A stretch of DNA of 53,817 bases, filler included, from Sphacelaria rigidula (GCA_964200075.2; 5 parts of 5 records of this genome joined end to end with filler, not necessarily neighbours in it); one strand, 5' to 3'. Counted from the whole stretch's first letter, positions 22,651 through 32,252 are shown. Numbers and translations are program-made. Notes: generated from the letters alone by a model not told the origin.

Positions 22651-25600
22651 CTGCAGTAGCGGAAGGAGCATGTGCGATTTCAGGGGGGAAATGATCATGA
22701 TGTCTCCCTCGGTTTCTACAACATTCTTCTCACCGGCACATAGGTGAGTAGGCGGTTACGTTTTCTATAAGCGTGCAATAGGATCGGTTGATGTCACGGA
22801 TTGTTTAACTTTCATGGTGGCTCTGCTCTGCTTGTGCAGGGACCATCCCCAAGGAATTGCAAGCCTTCATTGCGCTCGAGGAGTTTCATCGTTTTGACAA
22901 CGAGCTCACTGGTGACAGGCATGGACCAACAGTGTTTTTTTTCAATTCTGAAATAACGTGTGTCCCGTCCATGCGTTGGCGGGACGCGATCTAAGGAGAT
23001 CGGAAAGCTGTTCCTCGATTTGCACTCACCGGTGAGCTTATTACTCCACAACGACAGCTCTTCCAAGGCACCAAGACTTCCAAGCTCCGCGGGAATAGAA
23101 CCTGAATGTGGCGTAGGCGAGTAGGTAATAATCATGTTTCAAAAATGGATGGTGGGATTCAATGAGGGCGCTTATTTCTACTTAGGTATCAAACCTGTCT
23201 CCCGTTAGCTACAAGTACCATCCCTCCGGAGCTAGGGAAGCTCGGGGCTCTCGAGAGACTGGCGCTTCTGAAAACGAGTTGATCGGTGAGTCTTCTCAAT
23301 TATCTTTGCCAAATAATCGTTGATTTCCATGAAAAATCCGTCCTAGCAACGCGTAGGCGAGCAGGCCACCTGATGTTCCAGACGGTCGGGTGAGACATAC
23401 GTTCTGGGTGTGAGGGAGAAACATCAACTATCTATTCCTCGCTGACACCATGTATATCTCGTTCGCTGTAGGTCCCCATCCCGCCTGAGCTGGGAAACCT
23501 CACAGCACCGGACGGCCTGGAGTTTAGAACAAGTTCAGCGGTGAGCCACTACGAATCCGTGTTACGGTTTCTCACGCAGTGTTCAGGGTACATCCCAATG
23601 ACGGTCTTATTTTCTCTTCAAAAGGTTCTCTGCCCACGCGTAAGTGGGGCACGTGTTTTCAGAAAGCTACGGACAGGACTTCCCACGCTTTGAATTTTGA
23701 ATAACAACCGTAGTCTAAGCACCTCACCAGTAAGCTGGTTATCGCTAAGCCCAAGCGTCCTAAGCTCACTGAGACCTCCCAGCTCCTCGGGGATGACTCC
23801 TGAGAAAGCAGTAAGTATAGCAGCCAAGCATCGGACAGGAGACAACTGCTTGGAAGCTCCTACACAGTGACTTCCTCTGCGTAGGTGGAACACAAGCTCC
23901 AGCAGTCAGCGATAATCAATATCTCAATGTCTGCCAAGAGAAAAACTACCTGAAAGCTGGTTATCGCTGAGCCAAAGCGTCCTCAGCTCGCTGAGAGCCG
24001 CCAGCGCCTCAGGAATGGATCCTGCAAAGAGGATCACAACGGAGATACAAATGAAATGATAACTTTTGAAATAATGACGATATTCGAGTATGCGATGGCC
24101 TACTTGCCTACGCGTAGGCACGTGGGCGAGTAGGCCATCAGATGTTCTAGAAACGTAACCACGACACGACCGATTCCTCTGCTATGACTTGCATATCTGC
24201 AGAACACACCCCGCCGTAGCTAGGCAATCTCAGCGCCTTGGAGCGCCTCAACCCCAGCAAGAACAAGTGAATGCGTGAGTACAAAAGATCAGACAATGAA
24301 TTCATATTCTTGCCACTTCAGTAAAAAAACGACCATTAATCTCGCCGACATCTAGGCAGGAAACGTGTTTTACAGAAACCTACGGACAGCACTTTTCAAG
24401 TCACCACAATCGTCGTCTGAGCATCTCACCGGTAAGCTTGTTGCTGCTGAGCCCAAGCGTCCTCAGCTCACTGAGACCTCCCAACTCCTCGGGGATGGGT
24501 CCTGCGAAAGCAGCACAACGGCCAGAAATCCGGTACGAGACAACCGCTTGCAAGCTTCGAGAACATGTCCTACCCAGTGTTATTATTTTTCGATAATATG
24601 GAGGCGGTGTTTTGGCAACTTAGGCGTGAAGAGAATCCGCACCCCGTGTCAGATGATGCCGAAACTCGGAGAATGTTTAGATTGGTTATCATAGGAAGGT
24701 GTCACAGTCACAACTGCGGCAGGGAAAGTCGCTCATGGTCCGGTCTGCATCGATACGGTGGATAATCACCGTGCGCTGATTTTTGTTTTTTCAACACCCT
24801 GCTGTCTGATGACGATTATAGTGGGTACAGTGTCAGTTGACCACGCTGACTGTGCATGGATCCTGCCGGCCTCATCATCAATCTTCGCCCAGTTATGGAT
24901 TAACGCTCGAAGAAACCCAGCAAACAAGCATCGTTTATGATCCGCTATATATGAGGGTTGGGAGGCGAACGTTTCCGCTCCAAAACGGTCGACTTTCGAA
25001 GATTAAACTCCTGTCGTGCGACCAGTGGGTAGCGCGCCGGGCCCTTGCCGGCTTACCCGGTACTGGAGGCGACATCCCGGTACAGACGGTCCCACCACTA
25101 CCGTCACGGCCGTGCAAACAGGCCGGCAGCCGGAGTGGGCGTTGCACTGGTATTCTTCTAGCATTATCGACTTCGATTATCTCCGCATTGGCTTTCCACG
25201 TGAATATTTCGGTGGTTGCCTCACTTCCACTTCGGCCATATTTTGGCGACAAGCCACGGTCTCACTGCCCAACTTTATATGGGAAATCGCTTGCAATCTA
25301 TCCTGTTACAAAACTCGTAAGTGATGCAGCTTCCTCCACATACGCAATCCGCCCGTGAGGCGAGCTTTTGATGCTGGAAGTGCACACCCCTCTTTCCTTG
25401 ATGATGTCCAGTCTTGGGCTCAGGCAATTGAAACCTCGGAATATGACAGTATCTACTAGAAGGTACATATTCTGCGGCCATCGTGCCTCCATATTATCGA
25501 AAAGGAATAGCACTGCTACCCATCTATGCCGAGGCAGAACACGAATTGAAATTAAACGAGCCTACGGGCAGGATTTTCTAGAATTTGAAACACGACCGTA

Positions 25601-27977
25601 GGCTTCGCATCTCACCGATGAGCTTGTTGTTGCTGAGCGTGAGCGTCCTCAGCTCGCTGAGACCTCCCAGGGTCGCGGGGATGGGTCCTGTGAAAGTAGC
25701 ACAGTGGCCGATCATTGGATATGACACAATCGCTCAAAAGCTCCTCAAGCACGACTACTCACCCGCGCGTGGGTAGAACATGTTTTCCAGAGAAAATAAT
25801 GTCGTAATCAGTTTGATTTCTCACCGGTAAGCTTGTTAAAGCTGAGCAAAAGCTCCCTCAGTTCGCTTAGATATCCCAGTGCCTCGGGGATGGGTCCTTC
25901 GTAAGTAGCATACGGAGACAAACAGGAAATGAGCAACGGATGAGAAGAGCGTACGATCAAAGGTCAAAGGTTCCAAAACACGTATCTCGTCGACGCGTAG
26001 GTGAGTAGGCTAGTAGGCTAGTAGGCTAAGTCAGTTCCCAGAAGCGGAGCAGGACACAACCAGTTTCCTTCGAAATTCCAACAACAGTATGCTTCAGTTT
26101 GACCTGCATGCCTGCAGTACGCCGCAATTGGAATATTTCGGTGCTTGGAGTGCCTCTACCTCAGCTATGACAACTTTAATGGTGAGTGCAGACGAGTAAT
26201 AAATGTTAGGTAGAAAAAACAGGCGGGATGGGACGCAAGCTCTGGAAGCCGGCCAGGATCATTACCTATACGTCCTCTCACGAGAAATTTACCTGTGAGC
26301 TGGTTGTTGTTGAGCCGCAGCTCCTTCAGCTGACTAAGAGCAATCAGCGCCTCAGGGATGGGGCCTGCAAATGCATCACGTCGGTACAAGATGAAAATGA
26401 TGACGTTGACATAACAAGCCCTTCGAGGCCATGTGGTCGCCTACTCCCCTACGTACGCAGGGTGTACGAGGCCACTTCATGTTCCAGAAGCGTAGGCGGG
26501 ACACTATCGATTAAATCCTCCGAATATCAACAACCATATGCGCTGCTTTGACTTGCATGTCTGCAGGGCACATCTGGCTCCAGCAAGGCAACCTCAGCGC
26601 CCTCGAGCTCCTCGACCGCAGAGCTAACGGTTTGATTGGAGTTCGAACAGCAAAATAATAATTTCGACTTTTGTATAAATGAACAAGCATTACAGTAGCA
26701 TGCCAATGGGCTACGAGCTGGGCCAGCCGAGAGTAATTGTGAATCTCGCTCAGGCGACGCACAGCGCGATATTAGGAGTTGGACGCTGAACTTTTGACAG
26801 CAGATTTTCACGATTGAAATGCAGAAGATCGCGTGAGCAGCAAAATGCAAAAAAGCAGTTATGGGCACTTGAAATTTCAGCAAAAAGAAGATAATGTTGT
26901 TAGTCCAGAAAAAAATCGAGAATCTGCAGTTGCTCAGGTGACGTATCAGTGCTTTGGGTGCAGAATGTCTACCTGAAATTTCAGCTCAAGAGTCGTCGAA
27001 TTGGGTCGTGCGTTCAACACTTTCCGTGACGCCGCTGCACCCCTATAAATCAAGTGATGGGAGACTCCAATTATGGAGATCATGAGTTCGAATTCCGACA
27101 GATTCTCTTTTTTTTTCGTCCGTACTTAAGGTTATACATTATATGCAGTACATTTTTTTTCATTTCTTTCTTCATCCAGCGGCGGTGCCGTGTGTCACCA
27201 GGTTGGTCTACACTTCAAAGTGATATGCTTACATCGGGTTCATTCGGGAAACTGGGAAAGCTGTGGTGTGAGCAACTTTCGGCCACTTCTGAGCTGGCCT
27301 AGCTCGTAGGAGTATCTCGAATGATCTTTGAAACGACAATGTCCTTATCCATATTCTTCCGTTGTAGCTCCTAGTTTTAGAACCCCCTCAATGAGAAAGA
27401 TCTGGGCCTAAATGTGCAACCGCTAACGTGGCATGTCTCATCAGAGCCCCCCGAAGTATGCGTTCCCCGAGGTCTTATTTGTATCAGAGAGTTAGTGTGA
27501 GTACAGATGGCGTGTTTAAGGAGAAGGCTACGAGACGAGATTCAAACGACTCGATAAGCTTTGGCGACTGCACCAGTCTCGCACACACCGCGTGCTTGTA
27601 CTGCGGCGACTCAACATACGAGGCGTATTCAGGCGTCGACCACTTGCAGAACGCGGGAACGTACCAAGAAGGCGACGTCGAGGCCAGTTGGAAAACTTCC
27701 AATATCATGAAATAATCGCTTTCCACCAACGAATTCCTGGGGAAGATCACGCAGATAGCAAGGGAGCAGCACGTGATGCCCATACGGTAGGTCGTAAAAT
27801 ACCTTTGAGGTTGTTGTTGCTCAGATCTAGTTCAACCACGCAGCCTTGATTATTGACTTCTACTCCGTAGGAATCCGACAGGTCTTCATTCGTGTCCCAG
27901 TTGTCGTTGCAACACCATTTAGCTCCATCGGTCGATCCATACAGGGTACGCAGTACATCACGACCCGTCGAGGCCAT
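22579..27977 (-). CDS. LRR protein with N-terminal LRR cap and eight 72-nt single-repeat exons; probably the 5' part of a brown-algal LRR-ROCO-type gene (3' part off-contig)
   Basis: Exon 1 27803-27977 plus phase-1 exons 26293-26364, 25825-25896, 25616-25687, 24430-24501, 23950-24021, 23728-23799, 23030-23101 and 22579-22650. All are AG/GT bounded, stop-free and match GxIPxxLxxLxxLxxLxLxxNxLx. No ROC/COR domain is seen in the window, so the ROCO assignment is inferred. Confidence 0.9.
22840..22911 (+). pseudogene. Antisense LRR exon copy A4 (72 nt; open frame; AG/GT intact)
   Basis: gtgcag|GTIPKELQAFIALEEFHRFDNELTG|gtgaca. Confidence 0.9.
23030..23101 (-). CDS. Sense LRR exon S7 (72 nt)
   Basis: GSIPAELGSLGALEELSLWSNKLT; ttcag| ... 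|gtgagt. Confidence 0.9.
23215..23285 (+). pseudogene. Antisense LRR exon copy A5 (71 nt; acceptor CAA)
   Basis: GTIPPELGKLGALERLALL/NELIG|gtgagt; 1-nt deletion. Confidence 0.9.
23472..23540 (+). pseudogene. Antisense LRR exon copy A6 (69 nt; frameshifted; inverted paralog of S8)
   Basis: ctgtag|GP/IPPELGNLTAPDGLEF/NKFSG|gtgagc. Confidence 0.85.
23728..23799 (-). CDS. Sense LRR exon S6 (72 nt)
   Basis: GVIPEELGGLSELRTLGLSDNQLT; ctcag| ... |gtgagg. Confidence 0.9.
23950..24021 (-). CDS. Sense LRR exon S5 (72 nt)
   Basis: GSIPEALAALSELRTLWLSDNQLS; tgcag| ... |gtagtt. Confidence 0.9.
24094..24139. other. Best-preserved palindromic cassette-junction site (putative recombination site)
   Basis: Perfect 14-bp palindrome GCCTACGCGTAGGC (24106-24119) within gatggcctacttgcctacg...cgtgggcgagtaggccatc; degenerate copies occur between nearly all LRR modules. 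Function is inferred. Confidence 0.7.
24203..24274 (+). pseudogene. Antisense LRR exon copy A7 (72 nt; two stops)
   Basis: ctgcag|xHTPP*LGNLSALERLNPSKNK*M|gtgagt. Confidence 0.9.
24430..24501 (-). CDS. Sense LRR exon S4 (72 nt)
   Basis: GPIPEELGGLSELRTLGLSSNKLT; cgcag| ... |gtgaga. Confidence 0.9.
24575..25515. mobile_element. 941-bp non-autonomous DNA transposon in the S3-S4 intron
   Basis: 31-bp TIRs (28/31 identical) starting CAGTG; 5-bp direct repeat CTACC at 24570-24574 and 25516-25520. Confidence 0.85.
25616..25687 (-). CDS. Sense LRR exon S3 (72 nt)
   Basis: GPIPATLGGLSELRTLTLSNNKLI; cacag| ... |gtgaga. Confidence 0.9.
25825..25896 (-). CDS. Sense LRR exon S2 (72 nt)
   Basis: GPIPEALGYLSELRELLLSFNKLT; cgaag| ... 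|gtgaga. Confidence 0.85.
26118..26181 (+). pseudogene. Antisense LRR exon copy A8 (64 nt; deletions)
   Basis: ctgcag|TPQLEYFG/LECLYLSYDNFNG|gtgagt. Confidence 0.75.
26293..26364 (-). CDS. Sense LRR exon S1 (72 nt)
   Basis: GPIPEALIALSQLKELRLNNNQLT; tgcag| ... |gtaaat. Confidence 0.9.
26567..26638 (+). pseudogene. Antisense LRR exon copy A9 (72 nt; donor lost)
   Basis: ctgcag|GHIWLQQGNLSALELLDRRANGLIG|gagttc. Confidence 0.85.
27803..27977 (-). CDS. LRR gene exon 1 (LRR N-cap plus first repeat)
   Basis: MASTGRDVLRTLYGSTDGAKWCCNDNWDTNEDLSDSYGVEVNNQGCVVELDLSNNNLKG; phase-1 donor AAG|gtattt. Confidence 0.9.
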
Positions 27978-29411
27978 TGTGGAGGAACCTGTGGGGGTGT
28001 AGAGAGGGTTGGAAGCATGCGGGCATGCGCCGAGATATTTGTTGGGGCAGCAAACGCAAGAGCAACGTCAAACGAAGGGGGTTTGTTCGTATTTCGGTCA
28101 GTGACAACGATATCTTCCGGGAAATCTGCACAAAATCATGGTCGGATATTTCGTGGAACGTTTCCACTGCAAGTTTCCATGCATAGGAATATTCCGCGGG
28201 AAATACATGTGACCTTCGGGGGACTGGCTTGAGGTTTGTTCCAGTCGTTGTTGCCTAGAGTTATCAACCCCCTGTCAGGTTACTTCTCTTGTTCTCCATC
28301 TTCATGCCGACATTTCTGGGCCATAGGCCCTAGCTATGATGAAAGATGAGTTGTCGAGATCATCATCGATTGTCGAACACGCTGGCGATTTATCGGCAGA
28401 CAGTGCGGATTGGTCATCCCTGCAGCGATTATTAGAGTCAAGGATCTCGTTGGTGCAGAGGGAGGTAGCGCCTCTACTGTACAGGAAGAAAAGCTGAGTT
28501 GACCCTTTGCTGAAGATCGTTAACGCATTGGAGAAACAGCGATCAGGACGTATCCAAGGCGTCGGCTGCGCGAAGTCCTTCGCACCCACGGCGCGCCAGT
28601 GGTTCGTGGGTGCGGAAGGGGTTTCATCCTTGAGCATGTTGTCATATATTATCGACGAAGATCTGGAGTATTATCCAAGCTCAGGCGGGAGATAGGTGGG
28701 GTGGTTGCCTGTGTATGTTTTTCAGCAAATTCTTCAAGTTCGATCAGCAACTGGGTGAGCGGAGTGATTGGGCATTGTACGTGCGGATTGAAGACCCGCC
28801 ATTACTGAGGTTTCAAAGAAGAAGCCTCGGAGCAGCAGTAATCTGATGGGTTTCATGCTGCTAATGTCTTGTGCGGCCGCGCACTTGGTGATATGTTTGG
28901 ATGCTGTAGGTCCTGTACTATAGAGGCTGGTCAGCGGTACATGATGGTAGTAGTGCGCGGTGCTTGTTCATTCCCAAAGCTTATCGAAGCAAGGTGGTGC
29001 ACAGCACGCTTTGATGTGCATTTGCTGGATGCGATTCGCGCGTTTCCCACTTGTGCTGAACGTCATATGGATATGCACCATGCACTTGCCACCAGACTAA
29101 TTCAGATTTATCGGAAAAAACAAATTCTGCGTGCAATGCAGTTATCCCGGCATCAAGCAGTTATTCCGGCGGGGGTAGGTCCTGAACGGTACCAGTCTGT
29201 ACTGTAGAGTGATTGACGGCCCTTGGTACGTGTGCTCATGTCCTGTTTTGGACAGAGCTGTGAACCGAAGTGCTGTTCGAGATCCGGAGCGCTGTTCGAG
29301 ATGCATCTGCCGTTTCCCGACCCACCTGTTATGACTGATGAGTATGCAGTAGTATATACAGAAAAAATGTTGGATACCGCGTTTCCTCGTCAGGCTGAGT
29401 CGTGAGAACAA

Positions 29412-29759
29412 GTGTGTGTGTGTGTGCTGTCGTCCCATCTATTCTGGACGCCGTTCTACACCTTTCGGCACATGTGGGCGCACCAGCCGAAGTCACGCAG
29501 GAGAAAGGCCAACACAGGAGTTTTTTTTTTTTTTTTAGTTCTTCACCTTCCTTATGCGATGCTTGCCTTTATAGTTCATCTGTAGAGGGGTACAGCAGGC
29601 CCTTCCCCTCGTCAACCGTCAAGTCAACTTTCTTATACCCACGACATAGTCGCTCTCCACTGTTGGGCATGGTGTGAACAAAATCCCAGATCGCTCCGAG
29701 ATTTGAACCCACGACCCAATCGTCAGAAGGTTTCGAGGTTACCAATTGAGCCACCGGGG
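29412..29759 (-). mobile_element. tRNA-derived SINE copy
   Basis: Colinear with 16953-17292; A/B boxes and (CA)n tail. Confidence 0.85.
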
Positions 29760-31897
29760 AGAGACATCATGACTCTGCGCGTGTGTCAAATATACCATTA
29801 TTTGCGGAGAAATTGCCTGTTCGCCATTGTGAGAGTACGTTGATGTCCATGTAAGGGCACTGCAATTCCGAATTTGTTTTTGTGAAGTTGCGGAGGTTGA
29901 AGACTTCAAGCGATATATCAATGTGTTGGTCATTCAATACTGCATGCTCCAGTCGAGCTTTTGCTGTGCCAGATCTGATTCTACTCTAGGATTCTCACCC
30001 AGATGATGGTAGCAGACACTACGCAAAATCAGGAGTGGTTGTTTGCTGAGGAAGCTAATTGTATGAATGAGAACCAAGTGATGCGCATGATGGCTGATAC
30101 TCTACACAACGTCGTTTCGTGTTCCCCTTGAGACTGAATTCCCATGAGAAACATGTGTAACTCAGGTGCAACCCTTAAGATGGGGGTACGTACACGTGGG
30201 GTGGTGGTTTTTGGACGGAGGGTGGCCGACGATCAAGCCAAACCTCGGACTGCACGACGCTCTCCCTTGCAATGAGTGAAGGAAGGAGGAGATGAAGCAT
30301 GTTCGTGCAGTAGCCCTTTTTCGCATCGTGTTGGCGGAGGAAGAGATGTAAGCGAAGAAATGGGGTGGTTAGGCTGTTGATGCGAGCTCGTTTGAGACGT
30401 TGGATCGCTGCTCTGACTGCCATCGTGAGAGATGGAACAGGTACAAGTAGGTTTCGCTGTGCTTGTTGTGATTTCTGACTTTCAATATTTTTTTACTGTG
30501 AGGCAATAACGAGTAGTTTGGCTCTGGGATCCTGTTATCATGAGCATCGCAGTGCGTGTCAGCTTATTTCGACGTGGTTTTCTCGCGAACGTTCAGGCGG
30601 ATCCATGTTCCAAAAAATCATGTTCCGAGACAGTGAGATGTAGAGCTTCGAAAGTGCCCATGTACTTGCACTGGTTCAACCCTCGACGCCTGTCTTGTTT
30701 ACGTTATGCAAGTTTGCGCGTGTTGGGCATGAAGAACTCACGCTGTTTATCAGGGGCAAAGTTTTCTTGTAGGGTGCTCACCAGCATGACGTACATTTGC
30801 CTGAGCCGACGTTCAAAACAGGCTGTGGTATTTGATGACACAATGAACACATGAAGGGCACATGGAAATCGCCCTGTTTTTCTTCTGAGGATTAGATTTT
30901 CGTGTTGAGAATGTTGATCGGAATCAGGGGATATGAATGAATCTTCAACTTGCGGAGAAGTGAGTCTGACATATTCTACCGTTTTTTCGTTCGTGCCTGC
31001 CTGTATTTTTTTTATTGTGGCGCCTGCGCTTACTGTGCGTCCTCGATACCCGTCATGAAACAGGGGGGGAATGAGCACTGGAATGAATTTTCCCACAAAA
31101 AGGAGCTGAAAGTTGGACCTTGATGTTCGAGCTCAGCATGTTGGCAATAGTATGATTGCAACAAGACGTGGCGTATCAATGAATTGTGCGAGCGCATACA
31201 TTTCCCGAGCAAGTGTGTTTACGCAGTAATCGTGCCCATCGGTCTACACTCTTCTCCTGGTCCTGCTTGATGCAGGGAATGGGGAGGGAACCTTCCTGAC
31301 GTACCCATGGCCACAAACACGAAATTGATTATGTTGGTTACTTCAAGAGCACAAGAACACACGCACTCACAGTGCTAACGACTCCATCTTTGGCAATTTT
31401 CATGGCTCACCTCCCACAAATAGGGGTGATTCGAAATGAATTCAAAGATTTTCGCGCGAAGCGCGATTATCGCCGAGCGTTTCAAAATAGGCACACTCGG
31501 CAAAACCTGAGGATCCATCTGAGGATCCATCTGAAATCAGGAGAACCATGACATGGGACATGCCCTGTTTCACTGTCCGTGCTGCAGCACAAACACACTC
31601 ACGCCCTCTCTCATGTGCTGTAGCTGTCATTGCGTTGTGTGTGGTGTGTTCAGACCTTTGCGAAGACAGTTTGGTCTCCGCTGGGGGGATGTTTCGAGTT
31701 GCCTTACCCTCACCGCGTTCGTCTTCAAGTAAGGAAAATAATTTTAGTTGGGACGCAGTGCCATCTACACACCGTTGAAACCTTGATGGTCTGTTGGCTG
31801 TTTCGTCTTCCGTCACTCGAGCAAGGCGCTTGCCATACCCATCGTGCTTCTCCTGTACACACGTGGCCATTGGGCTACTCTCAACCGTCTTTCCACA

Positions 31898-32125
31898 CCC
31901 TCTAGAGGCAAAAAAGGCTCTGGAAGCGTATAATCCCTCTGGAGGCTGAAAAGTAAACCCCTCCAGAGGGATTATACGGCCGCTAAAATAGAGGAAAAAC
32001 CAACCGAAGCCTCTCAGGATGGAGGTAGATGGAGCTCCCCTCTGCCCTAGAGGGGTTATTTGCACTTTGTAGGATCCAACACAAACGTATGAAATCCCTC
32101 TGGAGGTCACTAATCCCTCTAGAGG
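31898..32125. repeat. Cluster of CCCTCT(A/G)GAGG-like palindromic motifs
   Basis: About 6-7 copies (ccctctagagg, ccctctggagg, ccctccagagg) near the contig end; probably a transposon subterminal array. Confidence 0.6.
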
Positions 32126-32252
32126 TGTTCAACCCCTGGACCGCGAACAACGTAGTCCATGTGAACCATGCATAATTTTTCACGGTTAGGACAAATTAGA
32201 ATTCATACGAGTCGACTCCTCATGACGCGCAAGCAGTCATGCTGTATAAACC

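Noticed and set aside
23863-25706. V(D)J RSS-like heptamers CACAGTG at 23863 and 25700
   Set aside because: No nonamer at 12/23 spacing and not present at the other cassettes; compatible with chance.
22017-26461. CRISPR array interpretation of the regularly spaced palindromes
   Set aside because: The spacers are ~230-bp paralogous exon cassettes, the repeats are degenerate, the context is eukaryotic and no cas genes are present.
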